From contig NC_042998.1 of NCBI RefSeq assembly GCF_006345805.1, positions 196,726,001 through 196,790,000 on the forward strand: a DNA stretch of 64,000 bases, given 5' to 3'. This stretch comes from Octopus sinensis. Lineage: Eukaryota. Of the stretch, positions 13,413-26,720 are shown one piece after another (positions within the stretch are counted from its first letter, which is position 1; each line of letters starts with the position of its first letter). The position numbers were made by a program, and so were the translations under genes. The notes under the pieces were generated by a model that was not told the DNA's origin, searched no databases, and saw nothing but the letters and a program-made list of their open reading frames with translations.

Positions 13413-14818
13413 CGTACGTAAGGAGTTGGCGACAAATGTCTCCTTTTTAACGCCGCACGGTCGTTCCCTAACATAATAAGAGAGAAGCCAGATACGTAAT
13501 ATAACATACAATGCCAAAGGAATAAATGAAGGACAACAAACCGTTCTACTGTTTGAGAGAGAAGAGGACTTTATTTACAACGCATACAAAGAGAAAGTGT
13601 GTGAGTGCTAGCGAGGTGTTGTGTATGAATGCGTGCGCAAGTATTTGTGTCTGTGTGTTCGTGTGTGCGACAGAAAGTACAAATAATAGTGTATGCACAT
13701 AAAACAGAAATACAGATAAGATAAGTCTCAGCATATTGAGTTAAGATAGAGTTAGTTTACCAGTTCATAAGGTACAAAATAGTAAATTCTATAACAAGAT
13801 GTTGTGGGTCACGTGGCAGAGCCGGTTACTACCCGTGTAGAAGTTGTGGCTATCATGCCGTGTCGAGTCTCTTGATATAGATAGTTCTTTCAGATAGACT
13901 GCAACTGTTTTACCAGGGTGAATATTTACAAAACAGCGTGAGTTAAACCTGGTCGTGTTGATGTGTACATGCAGTTGACGGAGATGGAGACGACGACGGT
14001 GATGACGGCGGCGGAGATAACAATCGTCCTGTTGTGGGTGTACATTAGCGTCGTCGTAGCAGAAGCAGGAGCATGGAACTGGAACATGGCTGAGTAGCTC
14101 TGTGGTCAGTGAGTAGACCATAAAAGGTCTGAAGTCGAAAGACGAAGAATAGTGAAAATGCTAGCATATTTAAGGAGTTAAACTGGCTCAAAGAAGGGCA
14201 TCTTTTCCGAAGGCCGGGATTGGTTGGCTTTACACTCTGGCGCGAAATAAGTAGGGAGACAAACCGCGCCAAATGCCAACCAATCAGAGCAGTGGACACA
14301 ACAGGGTCAAACTAGCCAAAGATGGTTGTAACCTCAAACAAGATCATTCCCAATGTGTTTCTCAAACAATGAGGATATCAATATCGCTACAGAGGAAGCA
14401 AGTTAAGGAGAGGGTCGACACCTTTGAGAGAGTCCGTATTCTGCATGAATAATTTAAGCGTGCTGCTCGAAAGCGCACGACTCGTATAGTGAATGGGGAA
14501 AGCTTTGTTTGCAATGTTTGCAGTCGTGTATGCTTGTCAAGAGCAGGGCTCATTAGCCAACAACGAAGATGCAAATGCAAAATGTAAGTTAGTCCCAGAG
14601 CGCGCATTGTTCCTAAAGGTCAGCAATGATCTTCCTTGGTAGAGCGGATGGCCATCATGAATGTATGTATGTATGGGCCTTTTCACTAGCATGTACTATG
14701 CTTAGGACTACTATGGGACCCAGCCTGAATTTCTGCAGGAGAAACTAGGGTAGAAATTGAACTGGCGATGTTAAACAAGGTGGTGCGTTGGGACTACCAC
14801 TCAAATTAACGGCGTACG
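13413..14818 (-). mobile_element. Unclassified 1.4-kb element, solo-LTR-like
   Basis: Bounded by CGTACG at 13413 and 14813. On the minus strand it shows CCAAT-like boxes, a TATA-like TTAAATA and a later AATAAA. No TG..CA ends or TSD found. Confidence 0.3.
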
Positions 14819-14825
14819 TGTATGC

Positions 14826-14910
<85 letters not shown>

Positions 14911-15747
14911 GCAAGGGTATCTCTGTATCCCGGCATTGGACATCTCTCTGCTCTCACATTTATAGCAATGACTGTGTGTCGGCTGTGTAAACGATTAAAG
15001 CGTATACACATGGTCATGCAACATGCTAGAAATAGCAACCAAAATTCATTTAAATTATACCTAGTCGGTTTTAAAAAAAAACAACTAAGGATACTTTGGA
15101 TAAATAGGATCTTTTCTGTTTGGCTGTAGCTGTGGAAATTTCAAAGTTTATTGAAAATGTTAACATTTGTGTATTAATGTTTTTTAAGCTAAATCTCAGG
15201 AGATATTTCACTTTTTCCAGAAAGATTTTTCCAAAAAGTTAATGAAGTTTAAAATTTGATAATTTTCACGGAGCAAGAAAACAGGATTTGGAAGCTGTAA
15301 GTTTGTGCGTCACGTGTTTCGACATGAAACTGTAAATAAATCAACTTCTACTTTCATGTCATTGATTAGCATGTAAAACTACATCTTTACATGAAATATG
15401 AAATCAATTCGAACAGAAATCAAAGAGATTGAAAATTGACAACCAAATTGACAAGCAGAAAAGATCCGACATATACATTGCTAAGTATATTACATTTGAA
15501 AACAAGATAAGACGACAACAAACAAACAAACAATGTCGGTGGTAGAGGTAGGAACTGTTTAATTTAATTCTTTCCTGAATGTGAAGGACCTTTAGGGTGG
15601 ATACCCATCTTCGGTTCGTTGTTGCTGCGGTATGTTAACACACTGTTGCTATGGTCTTTTTTCCAGTGTCTGTGTGTGTAGGGGGGGGTGCGCGCGTCCA
15701 ACATTGCTGTTTCTGTAGTGTGTATATACTGTTGCTATGGTTGTGAA

Positions 15748-16085
15748 GGCGCATGGCTCAGTGGTTAGAGCGTCGAGCTTACGATCGTGAGGTTATGAGC
15801 TCGAATCCCGGACCGGGCTGCGTGTTGTGTTCTTGAGCAAGGCACTTTATTTCACGTTGCTCTAGTTCACTCAGCTGTAGAAATGAGTTGCGACGTCACA
15901 GGTGCCAAGCTGTATCGACCTTTGTCTTTCCCTTGGATAACACTGGTGGCGTGGATAGGGGAGGCCGGTATGCATGGGCGACTGCTGGTCTTCCATAAAC
16001 AACCTTGCTCGGACTTGTGCCTCAGAGAGTAACTCTCTAGGTGCAATCCCATGGTCATTCATGACCGAAGGGGGTCTTTACCCTT
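15748..16085 (+). mobile_element. tRNA-derived SINE family D
   Basis: GGCGCATGGCTCAGTGGTTAGAGC (A box), GAGCTCGAATCCC (B-box-like), then GTGTTGTGTTCTTGAGCAAGGCACTT core; related copy at 50470. Confidence 0.85.
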
Positions 16086-16187
16086 TATGGTTGTGATATA
16101 TGTACAATATTGGTGTTGTTATGGTTTTTACTCCTGGTGTGTGTATAATGTTGCTCTTGCTCTGATGGTGTAGAGAAAGTTACTATA

Positions 16188-16597
16188 GACGCAGTCGTGG
16201 CGGCGTGGTAAGAAGCTTGCTTCCCAACTACATGGTTCCGGGTTCAGACCCACTTCGTGGCAACTTGAGTAAGAGTCTTCTACTTTAGTCTCGGGCCGAC
16301 CAAAGCCTTGTGAATGGATTTGATAGACGGAAACTGAAAGAAGCCCATCGCGTGTGTGTGTGTGTTTGCGTGTTTATGCATGTGTCTGTTTGTCCTTAGT
16401 CACCGGTTCTTGATAACCGATATTGGTGTGTTTACGTCCTCGTAACTTAGGGGTTTGGCAAAAGTGTCCGATAGAATAAGTACTAGGCTTATAAGGAATA
16501 AGTTCTGAGGGCGATTTCTTTGACGAAAACCATTTAAGGCGATGCACTAGTATGGCCACAGTCAAATAACCGCAACAAGTGAAAGAATAAAAGAATA
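16188..16597 (+). mobile_element. tRNA-derived SINE family B, full length with central (TG)n
   Basis: GGCGTGGTAAGAAGCTTGCTTCCCAAC.ACATGGTTCCGGGTTCAG head, GGAAACTGAAAGAAGCCC, microsatellite, 3' half and AAAGAAT tail. Confidence 0.85.
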
Positions 16598-16805
16598 TAG
16601 ACGTGCTTGAAATGAGGGTCAGACAGACAACAACTGATGAAGGGTCCTTTCTCTGTGTTTACTAGTCCTGTTTTCTTTTTTTTTTTTTTGCTCTTTTTTC
16701 CCTCGTTTGTTTACATATTTCATGTTATTTACACCGTTGGTAACTTCTGTACCCCGTATATGTATGTATGTATGTATGTAATGTATGTATGTTTGTATGT
16801 ATGTG

Positions 16806-16874
<69 letters not shown>

Positions 16875-16941
16875 ACACACACTCATAATATATTATTTAT
16901 ATTGCATTATATATTATTAATATATATTATTATTATATACA

Positions 16942-17892
16942 ACTACTAGCATATGTGGAAAATCGGTGTTGTTTGTTTGTGGCGTTGTTAGCTAACTCCT
17001 CCCACATCGTTTTATTGATTTTGATGAAACTTGACACGTGAGTAGAACTCATGTCTGGGAACCTCATGACATACTTAGATTGTTGAAAAATTCATTAAAT
17101 CGGACCCTAGAGGGGACCTTTATATTTACCTCATATAACTAATTTTTTAAACACCCAAGGGAAATAACCCATAGCACCTGTACAATATTTCTTTAAACAC
17201 TCAAAGAAATAATCCATTTCATTGTTTTTGTTCGAATATATTTGAATACTGATTTTTTGTGAGTCCTATTTCTAATTTTTGCAGACAATATCACTTTTAT
17301 ACTTTATTTTACACGGAGTAAACTTCATGTCGGAAACCTCGTGACATACTTAGATTGTTGAAAAAAAAATCGATAATAAGGGCCTTCAATGGATCCGGAT
17401 CTTTACCCTTTGAACGGCAGACCGAAAATAAATTTTTTGTATCTAAACACTTTCAAACTTCGGAACTGTAAAATGTGTCATATAAAACTTCTTTAACTTT
17501 AGTGTTGTTGAGAAAAGTTTGTATTTTCAAAAGTTATTTCTGTTAAAGTTGTCGTATTGCGGTATTTTCAACCAATCATGACGTGTATTCCTCGATGTCA
17601 ATCTCATTTAACACTTCAACAGCGCTTTTTTCTCAGTAAAAAATAGTTTTTTCTGTGAATGACAACAGTTATACATTTCCCAGATTCCTTCGCTAAGCAG
17701 AATAATGTCTTTGCCTCTCGCCAACCTCCAACAATGTCTCCGTCCTCCAGCTGACAGTTTTTTTTTTACTTTTTCCTGGCGGAAAATACATCTTTTGTGG
17801 CAGTTATAACGAAATTGCTTTTTTATATCAGAGTAATAAGGCGTTTCAATAGAGCATCTTTACCCCCGGAAATTACCGGGTACACCAGCTAG
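16942..17892 (+). mobile_element. Non-autonomous Helitron-like element with an internal duplication and a nested family-E repeat
   Basis: 3' hairpin CCCGGAAATTACCGGG followed by CTAG|T at 17889-17893. The block CATGTC.G.AACCTC.TGACATACTTAGATTGTTGAAAAA occurs at ~17050 and ~17325, and again at ~53830 and ~54790. Confidence 0.65.
17396..17600 (+). repeat. Family E interspersed repeat, DNA-transposon-end-like (start CGGATCTTT); other copies 22630-22860(-), 26045-26272(-), 56785-56995(-)
   Basis: Shared motifs GGATCTTT.CC.TTTGAAC, ACATTCTACCA..ATAC.AAGTTTAAAA and AACCAATCA.TGACGT in four places. Confidence 0.75.
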
Positions 17893-17899
17893 TATATAC

Positions 17900-18074
17900 A
17901 TAAATGTGTGTGTGTGTATATATGTATGTATGTATATCTATGTATGTGTCTTTGTTTTTGTCCTCCTACACCGCTTGACAACCGATGTTGGGTGTGTTTA
18001 CTCCCCCGTATTATAGCGGTTCGGCAAAAGAAACCAACAGAATAAGTACCATGCTTTAAAAATAAGTACCGGGG
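17900..18074 (+). mobile_element. SINE family B 3' half running into the assembly gap
   Basis: CGCTTGACAACCGATG...GCGGTTCGGCAAAAGAAACC..AGAATAAGTAC. Confidence 0.75.
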
Positions 18075-18174
18075 NNNNNNNNNNNNNNNNNNNNNNNNNN
18101 NNNNNNNNNNNNNNNNNNNNNNNNNNNNNNNNNNNNNNNNNNNNNNNNNNNNNNNNNNNNNNNNNNNNNNNNNN
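18075..18174. other. Assembly gap (100 N)
   Basis: Run of 100 N; true distance across it is unknown. Confidence 1.
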
Positions 18175-18458
18175 ATATATATATATATGAATGTATATGC
18201 ATGTACGTGTCTTTATAACAACCAATTTGAGACAAAAATCGGGACAATGTGCACACCTGTATCATCTCAAACCTTTTTTTCTTGACTAATGACTAATGAT
18301 ACGTACTTCAAAAAGCCTTGGATTAAAATACCTGTCTGTGTTTGTAATGTGTAGACAAACGTGGAACAGTTCTAGCTGTAAATGTTTTGTCTTAGTGAAA
18401 CTCTCCGGAGACTTACCGTATATACTCGTTTATAAGCTGATTCAAACTCAAGCACACA

Positions 18459-18552
<94 letters not shown>

Positions 18553-18944
18553 ATGCACTCTCACACACACATACACATACACACAAATTTACATCTGAAA
18601 GATCAGCAAATTCTTTATTCAACTTTAATAATAAAGCTGTAAAATTTTGTCATCTTATCTGAATTTGATATTTTCGTCTTTTGACCTAATGCTGGTGAAT
18701 GTTTCTTAAAAAGAAAATGATGGCACCATCTTCTACCAGACAGTCTGGAGGACAAAATATTTTCCATTTTTAGCCATTTTTGTTTACAATTTTTCACATA
18801 AATATTGTCCCTGTGTTGCCTTCTTTGTTGTGTTCTACCCAGTCAGCGAAATACTTTTCTAAATCAGCGTAAAAACTTTTCCCACCCCTTGAATTTTGCT
18901 TGCTCCATGACATTTACTGTAATTGTATTTTTTGCTTTCTTCAC

Positions 18945-20025
18945 AGGCATTTGCCATATAAGGAACGCCTTACTTCCCTGGGCATGGATATATTGAAACT
19001 CCGACGTCTGGCAGCTGACTTGGCAGACACCCATAAAATTATTAACCATCTTACAAACAATAACTCTGAGCACCTTTTCAAACTCCACCTGTCTAACACC
19101 TGTGGACATATTTACAAAGTCAGAAAACAGCACAGCTCCCAAGACTTTTGGAAACATTTTTTCACGCTAAGAGTTGCTGAAGCATGGAACAAACTGCTGG
19201 CATCAGTTGTTAGTTGTCGGAGCACTGCATCCTTCAAAACTTCCATGCTTCCTGAGATTCGCCAACACTACACCTGATTTTCTCCCCTCCATACACACGC
19301 TGAAGCATGGAACAAACTGCTGCCAGTCAGTTGTTAGTTGTCGGAGCACTGCATCCTTCAACTTCTATGCTTCCTGAGATTCGCCAACACTACACCTGAT
19401 TTTCTCCCCTCCATCACACGCTGAAGCATGGAACATACTGCTGGCATCAGTTGTTAGTTGTCGGAGCACTGCATCCTTCAAAACTTCTATGCTTCCTGAG
19501 ATTCGCCAAACTACACCTGATTTTCTCCCCCCCATACACACGCTGAAGCATGGAACAAACTGCTGGCATCAGTTGTTAGTTGTCGGAGCACTGCATCCTT
19601 CAAAACTTCTATGCTTCCTGAGATTCGCCAACACTACACCTGTTTTCTCCCCTCCATACACACGCTGAAGCATGGAACATTACTGCTGGCATCAGTTGTT
19701 AGTTGTCGGAGCACTGCATCCTTCAAAACTTCTATGCTTCCTGAGATTCGCCAACACTACACCTGATTTTCTCCCCTCCATACACACGCTGAAGCATGGA
19801 ACAAACTGCTGGCATCAGTTGTTAGTTGTCGGAGCACTGCATCCTTCAAAACTTCTATGCTTCCTGAGATTCGCCAACACTACACCGATTTTCTCTCCCC
19901 CATACACACGCAAGCATGTATCTGACTCATACAACTGTTCGCTTTCCAGACATTTTTACATTACTGCATATGCTTTATACGCATTTTGACAAGTTGTGGT
20001 GCACCTGAGCACTGTATACAATCAT
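18945..20025 (+). mobile_element. 3' end of a CR1/L2-like LINE with a six-copy ~123-bp terminal tandem, followed by an (ATT)n tail to ~20208
   Basis: ORF 18900-19277 reads LPYKERLTSLGM..LKLRRLAADL...KHFFTLRVAEAWNKL...VVSCRSTASFK, a typical CR1-type RT C-terminus. Units start at 19176, 19299, 19420, 19542, 19664 and 19788. Confidence 0.85.
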
Positions 20026-20067
20026 TTCATTATTATTATATTAGTATTATTATTATTATTATTATTA

Positions 20068-20128
<61 letters not shown>

Positions 20129-20170
20129 ATTATTATTATTATTATATATCATTATTATTATTATTATTAC

Positions 20171-20205
<35 letters not shown>

Positions 20206-20772
20206 TATATTGCTCTCCTTCCTCTCCAAACTCTCGAACAAAGGCACCATTGCTTACCTGTTCACCAGTATTAATCACTTTCAATTTGAAAGAAATAGCA
20301 TATCCAGTAGGGTTCTTTTAGCCACTGTTGATATGTTTAAATTAGAAAACTATTTTTTACTAACTTCGTGTAATTTAAAATATTCATCAATGATATGTTC
20401 TTACCGTGACTAATGCAATGGTTATACACGAATACGTTTTCTGTGTTTAGCTATATTTAAGTATGAGTATCTGCGTTTAAGGATATAGAAATAATTTTTC
20501 AGTATACAGTATAGAGAATAATTGACAAGTTCTTGACCTAACATCCAAATTCCGGTATCTAGTTCCCTGCTAAGTTAAACACATAAACATTTATCACAGA
20601 TCAGTGAAACTGTAATTTAATATTTGGAAAAGACAGTAACATAACATGCAAATGTCTTGTCCATATATTTGAAACCAATATTTACAAAAGACAGTTGCAT
20701 TTATGTTAGCATATAAATATTAATGACGTAATGTAAACGATACTGGTAAATTAACGTGCTTTACGATACAAA

Positions 20773-21164
20773 TCTCTCTATATATAAAGCTGAAGTTGTC
20801 TGTGTATGGCAGGTTTGGTAGCCTTCAACTAACACTATCTCCTCGAAGACCCTGCGGCGCAAGTTGACCAAAATTGAGAGTATGATAGAAGAAAGCTTGC
20901 TCTTCCTTCCGTAGGAGAAAAAATTCAAATCGGACCTTGTTAACACCAAAAATTATTTACATCAAAAAGGTGCTTTTTTTCTATGAAAATCCCTATTTTT
21001 TACAATTTTTTGACTGCTGTGTTGCCATTTTTCGGTGTATTTCAACCAGAAAAATGTTCACTTAAAGAGAATAACAAGCTACATAAAGCAAAAGTTTTAC
21101 TTTTCAAAAATTCCAATCCTAAAGGGTCGAAACAAACCCGAGCAACGCCGGGTGATACTGCTAG
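20773..21164 (+). mobile_element. 392-bp non-autonomous Helitron
   Basis: A|TC start (TCTCTCTATATATAAAGCTG), subterminal hairpin CCCGAGCAACGCCGGG, CTAG|T end; near-identical copy at 61870-62261(-). Confidence 0.85.
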
Positions 21165-21429
21165 TATATATAAATACATGAACCCAGACTGATTCTGATA
21201 TGAAGAAAGCATACAGAAATTACAGGATATGCTATCTCCACATTACAAGAAGTACCCTATCAAGTCAAGGTGGGCTTCCCCAACAAAATATAAAGTTTGA
21301 ATGTATGTTATAGTCTGTTTTATGTGAAAAGAAAAATCAGGTTCGTTCTTGTTACTAAAAGACCAGGAAACTCGTTGGATGAGAACTCTGGATAGCGAGG
21401 CGATAAATAAAGAGGCGACGATTCTGTGC

Positions 21430-22225
21430 ATGGAACTACGAATAATTTATTTGTTAGTTAATCTGGGGATCTAGTTCGTTTCATTCACAAAATCTGCATT
21501 TTTTAAAAGAAAGTAAAAAATCTGAAAATTGGTAGAGAAGGGTATTATACCCAGTACTAAAAATTGTAGAAAAGGGCACTTAATGGAAAAGAAATTGGTA
21601 GAGAAGAATGTTTGCTGGCGGTGTAGTCGCAAAGGTTGCTGTGAGAGAGTGTCTGTCCGAAAGGGGACATGGCTTGAAGGTAGCACACTTCCTCTGCGGA
21701 CTGTAGTAATTTTTTATTGTACTCTTGGGCCAAGGAACTGACCACAGTGCGTTATTGTGTAGAAGAACTGGGGATGAGCCACGGTGCAGCTGTGGATTAT
21801 AACAATTATGTGCGAGAAGTATGCGCACATGACTTGCTCACGAACCCAGTTGTAAGAGGTGGTCCTGGGAAGATTGTCGAGATAGACGAGACAGTCTTCT
21901 CTAGGAGAAAGTATAATCGAGGAAGGTTGCTACCTCAGCAATGGGTATTCGGAGGAGTGTGTTGTGAGACCAGAGAAGTTTTCCTTTATGAAGTACCTTG
22001 TCGGAATCGCGACACACTCGACGAATGCATCCGCCGCTCGATCCTCCCAGGTACCACAATATTTAGTGACCTGTGGAGGGCTTATTCACATATCCCAGAG
22101 ATCGAGGGATACAATTTTCGACATAGAACGGCGAACCACAGCGTCGAGTTTGTTAACTCCGTTGATAACACACATCCCCAACAAATAGAGAGTACTTGGG
22201 CGTGTTTGAAACGGGGTAACAAGCG
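21430..22225 (+). pseudogene. Merlin (IS1016/IS1595-like DDE) transposase remnant with one or more frameshifts
   Basis: ORF 21717-22319 reads GGPGKIVEIDETVFSRRKYNRGR...QWVFGG...ILPGTTIFSDLWRAY...NHSVEFV...THPQQIESTWACLK. The upstream frame has a Zn-finger-like CRKGH...WRCSRKGC. Confidence 0.9.
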
Positions 22226-24261
22226 ATTTTTGGTAATTTTCCGGAATCTCCGTATCCGAAAAGCTGGGTTTTTGGCAAAAAAAATAATATTGAGTGTGGA
22301 ACATATATATGTTTATTGATCTATATTATTTATATCATTATGTATATGTATATTTATATGTATAGGAGTGTGAGTATTTGATTTAGATGTATTTCTCTAT
22401 TTTCTTATTTTGTATATTTATATATATATATATATTGGCATAATACACACATTGTGTGTATCTGTGTAACAGAGAGAGAAATTAAAACTGCTTATGTTGT
22501 GAACTTAGAATATGTGTTTATTAATAAAAGTTTAATAACGATAATCATTTATTCGTACGAACGTAACTGATATGAAATGTGTCATAAATAACAGTGACAA
22601 TCGAAATATACACCGCCAGAAGTTGTTGTTGACAAACAATGGCAGTAATTGTATTCACCTCAATAGACGTCATTGATTGGTTGAAATTGCCGAAATACGA
22701 GAAATTTAACAACAAATAGCTTACAAACTATAGAATTTTCTCAAGAACGCCAAGAGAAAAAGATGTTTTATGTGACACATTCTACCAATATACGAAGTTT
22801 AAAAGTGCTTAGATACAAAAAATATTTTTTAAAATCTGCCGGTCAAAGTGAAAAGGTCCCAGAGATTTATGTAAAAGCGTGTTAATGAATTGACAGTAAA
22901 CTTGAAGTAAATCCTTGAAATTTTCAATGTGTGACGGGTGTATTTTCATATAAAAGAAACTCGTAAAAGCTTTATTCCCGTGAACAATACGGTCAGTACA
23001 ATGCTTCTATTTTCTTTTGTTTAGTGTCGTTAAATGTTGTATTGATGTATGATGATAGAATGTCGATCTTAATAAATGGAGAGAATCCAAATAAAATACA
23101 TTTAGGACAAGGTGAGCGTAACATGTATGTGTACGACTTTACGAAAAACACTCGGTTGGGTTATATGAAGTATGTAAATAAAGAAAAATATGTAGTGTTC
23201 GAGTAAGTTTGAAGGGGAGAGGAGGGGGAGGGGATTGTATGAATGGGCTCCAGGCTACCAATGAGGGCTTAAAAATTTACAAAATAATAACAAAAATCTC
23301 GTAAATAAATAAAAAAAAAATTTTAATAACAGGAATAGTGAATGGAGGTGGATAATAATGCAGTGCGAAAGTTTTATGTAAGCTGAGAATGGGGTGATTC
23401 TCTGCAGTTCTGTGACACTAAATAATTATGTGGGAAAATGATATTTTAAAGAAATATTAATGGGAAAAAAGAAAGAAATGAGGAAAATAATATTAAATCA
23501 TTTTAAAGTGAAAATGAGTTTTCAAAAGTCGAGGAAGAAAAGTTTAAAGCGAAGTAAAATATAACCACACAAAATAAGATTAAATAAAGATTTTCAAATA
23601 ATTAAAACGATAGAGAAATAGGTTAAATAAATATGTGATGTATTGAATATATTAGGAGGAAATGTAAGTTAGGTAAAATGCAGTAAAAGGTGATAATAAT
23701 TTAGAGAACTAAGTTTTCTCGCATGCACGTTTATATGATGATATTTGTGTTTATTTAAGTTACTGTAATATTAAATAGAATAGACTTTCCTTACTACATA
23801 AATCCCAGGGTTTCTTGTTACGAGTTTAATATTTATGTCTTGAGATTATGCGCCAGTTGAAACTGTAATTCATATTCCACTTTAACTCCAAAAGAAATAT
23901 AGCAAAAGATTTCTAAATGTATAGGTGTGGTAATTGCGGCCTAATTTAAATGTAGTTGTAGTTAATTCTATATATGCGCGTAGTGAGTTGGGTCTAAGCA
24001 ATTATAATTTATACTTATATCAGGGAGTTATATTCACTGTAGATTTGAGCTTGTAAAATCCGTTGACGACCTACAGACAGAAAACTTCATACACTGAAAC
24101 TATTTTCCCTCACTATATATCTCACCATTCCTTTTATTTTATTTGCTTTCCCCACCTTTTTGTCTCTGATAAAAAAAAAATGAATCTATGTAAAACTAGT
24201 ATTTATAACCAAGTGTTTTCTCCTCTTAACTATCTATATATTTCAATACATATGAATGTAC

Positions 24262-24262
<1 letters not shown>

Positions 24263-24292
<30 letters not shown>

Positions 24293-24414
24293 TGTATGTA
24301 TGTATGTATGTATGTATGTATGTATGTATGTATGTATGTATGCATGCATGTATGTATGAAATGTAATATGTATATATGTATGTATGCATTTTTGTATGTA
24401 TTCTTGTACGTATG

Positions 24415-24446
<32 letters not shown>

Positions 24447-25173
24447 CTCACACATACACGTACCCATACGCACACGCGCACGCATAAACGCACACACATA
24501 CAAATGAATATATGTGTATGTATACGGGTGTATGTATGCGCATACGTATACACATACAGCCAGTCAGCCATACCCTTATGACCTGTTAATTCTATTGAAA
24601 GAGGTTAATTGTTTAGTCAAATATAGAAATATTTGTAGAGTGGATTTCTTAATTTGAATCGCACATAATCAAACACGTATTTTACATGTACGTACACCAC
24701 CCTCATACAAGTATGTACACCACCCTCACATCCACCTACGTATCGATATACATAATACATGCATCCATGGCACCATACATACGTACATACATACATACAT
24801 ACATACATACATACAAACATACATACATATCTACTTACACACATACATACATACATACAAACTTACATACATACATAAGCACATACATACATACATACAT
24901 ACGTACGTACATACATACACACATACATACATACATACATACATACATACATACATACATACATACATACATACATACATGCATACATACATACATACAT
25001 ACATACATACATACATACATACATACATCATACATACATACATACATACATACATACATACATACATACAAACATACATACATACATACATACATACATA
25101 CATACATACATACATGCATGCATACATACATACATACATACGTACGTACGTACATACATACATACATACATAC

Positions 25174-25204
<31 letters not shown>

Positions 25205-25435
25205 CATACATACATACATACATACATACATACATACATACATACATACGTACGTACGTACATACATACGTACGTACGTACGTACGTACGTACGTACATA
25301 CATACATACATACATACATACATACATCCATAGAATCATACATACATATATACATCCATAGAATCATACATACATATATACATCCATAGAATCATACATA
25401 CATACATACATACATACATACATACATACATACAC
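24263..25435. repeat. Opposed (TATG)n and (TACA)n arrays with short unique inserts (CATCCATAGAAT three times at a 28-bp period near 25323-25395)
   Basis: Direct reading. Confidence 0.9.
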
Positions 25436-25789
25436 AGCTACTCAGACGAACGCATAAATGACGACTGTACCACTACCACCACCACCACCATTGCCTCCGT
25501 CACCGCCGCCGCCGTCGCCGCCGCATCAACCAACACTACCAACCCTTCTCTCACAGTATCCCTCCCACTACCGCCACCACCACAGAAAGCCTGTTATTGT
25601 CACGATCATGTAATCCTGTTATTATTTGGTTATAGCAACGGTGTTGGCGGTGGAATGGGAGTAATAATCGTGCTAGTGTTGGCGGTAGTGTTAGTAGTAA
25701 CGTGGGAAGGTGTTTGGGTAGTAGTACTGCCGCTATTGTAGCTGTTACTGTTGGTTAATAGCATTGATGGTAATATGTGAGCTTGTACT

Positions 25790-25974
25790 AAGACGGCGAG
25801 CTGGGCGAAATGCTTAGCAGCATTTCGTCTGTCTTTATGTTCTGAGTTCGAGGGCGACTTTGCCTTTCATGCTTTCGGGGTCGATAAATTAAGTACCAGT
25901 TGCGTACTGGGGTCGATCTAATCGACTGGTCCCCTCCGCCAAAATTTCAGGCCTTGTGCCTAGAGTAGAAAAGA
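25790..25974 (+). mobile_element. SINE family A (internally deleted)
   Basis: AAGACGGCGAGCTGG...GGCGAAATGCTTAGC...GTCGATAAATTAAGTACCAG. Confidence 0.8.
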
Positions 25975-26274
25975 ATAATTGAGGTTGTCCAAGTGAAACA
26001 GTGTTGGTGGTATTGATGGTGGTAATTTGGATAGTTGTTGTTGACAAACAACGGCAGTAATTTTATTCAGCTGAATACACGTCATTGATTGGCTGAAATT
26101 ACCGAAATACGAGAACTTTAACGTGAAATTACTTCGTAAATATAAGTTTTTCTCAAAAATGCTAAGAGTAAAAGATGTTTTATATGACACATTCTACCAG
26201 TGTACAAAGTTTAAAAGTGTTTAGTTACAAAAAATTATTTTTTAAATCTGTCGGTCAAAAGGTAAAGATCCGAT

Positions 26275-26720
26275 AGTTTTGGTGGTGATAGTGTACGTTG
26301 TAGTAGTGTTGGTAGTAGTAGTAGTGATGGTAGCAGTATATTAACGACAGTTGTGTTTGATGTAATACTGTTGGTGGTTGTAGTAGTGATGGTGGTAGTG
26401 TTGGCGATTGTATTTGTTGTAGTATAGGTAATAATGTAGGTAGTAGCGTTAGTGGTAATGCTAGTTGTAGTTTTGGTGGTAATGTTAGTGATTGTGTAGG
26501 ATGTAGTGTAGGTGGTAGTGTTGGTTGTAGTAATGGTAGCAGTATCAGTGATAATTTAGGTGATAGTTTTAGTGGTGGTGTTATCTGTAGTGTTGGTTGT
26601 AGTAGTGATAATTCTAGTAGCATTGTTGGTTGGGTTGATTGTAATGTTGGTATTGGTATTGGTCGTAGGGATCGTAATTGTGATAGTGTTGGTGGAAGTA
26701 CTGGTAATGCCATGGTGCCA
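26275..26720. repeat. Degenerate (GTA/GTG/GTT)n trinucleotide low-complexity tract
   Basis: Direct reading. Confidence 0.8.

Noticed and set aside
15748-15825. tRNA gene (also the heads at ~41900, ~50480 and ~59000)
   Set aside because: These are tRNA-like SINE heads fused to SINE bodies; no complete cloverleaf acceptor stem was found.
17998-18265. ORFs spanning the N run
   Set aside because: Artefacts of the assembly gap.
19176-19909. Regular array resembling CRISPR
   Set aside because: Units are full tandem copies with no variable spacers, they derive from a LINE 3' end, and there are no cas genes.
21717-22319. Bacterial IS1595 contamination
   Set aside because: It is embedded among host Helitron and microsatellite sequence and is frameshifted, which fits a eukaryotic Merlin.
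26255-26713. 152-aa Pro/Thr/Leu-rich ORF resembling a mucin
   Set aside because: It derives from a degenerate GTA/GTG trinucleotide tract, with no splice context or domain.
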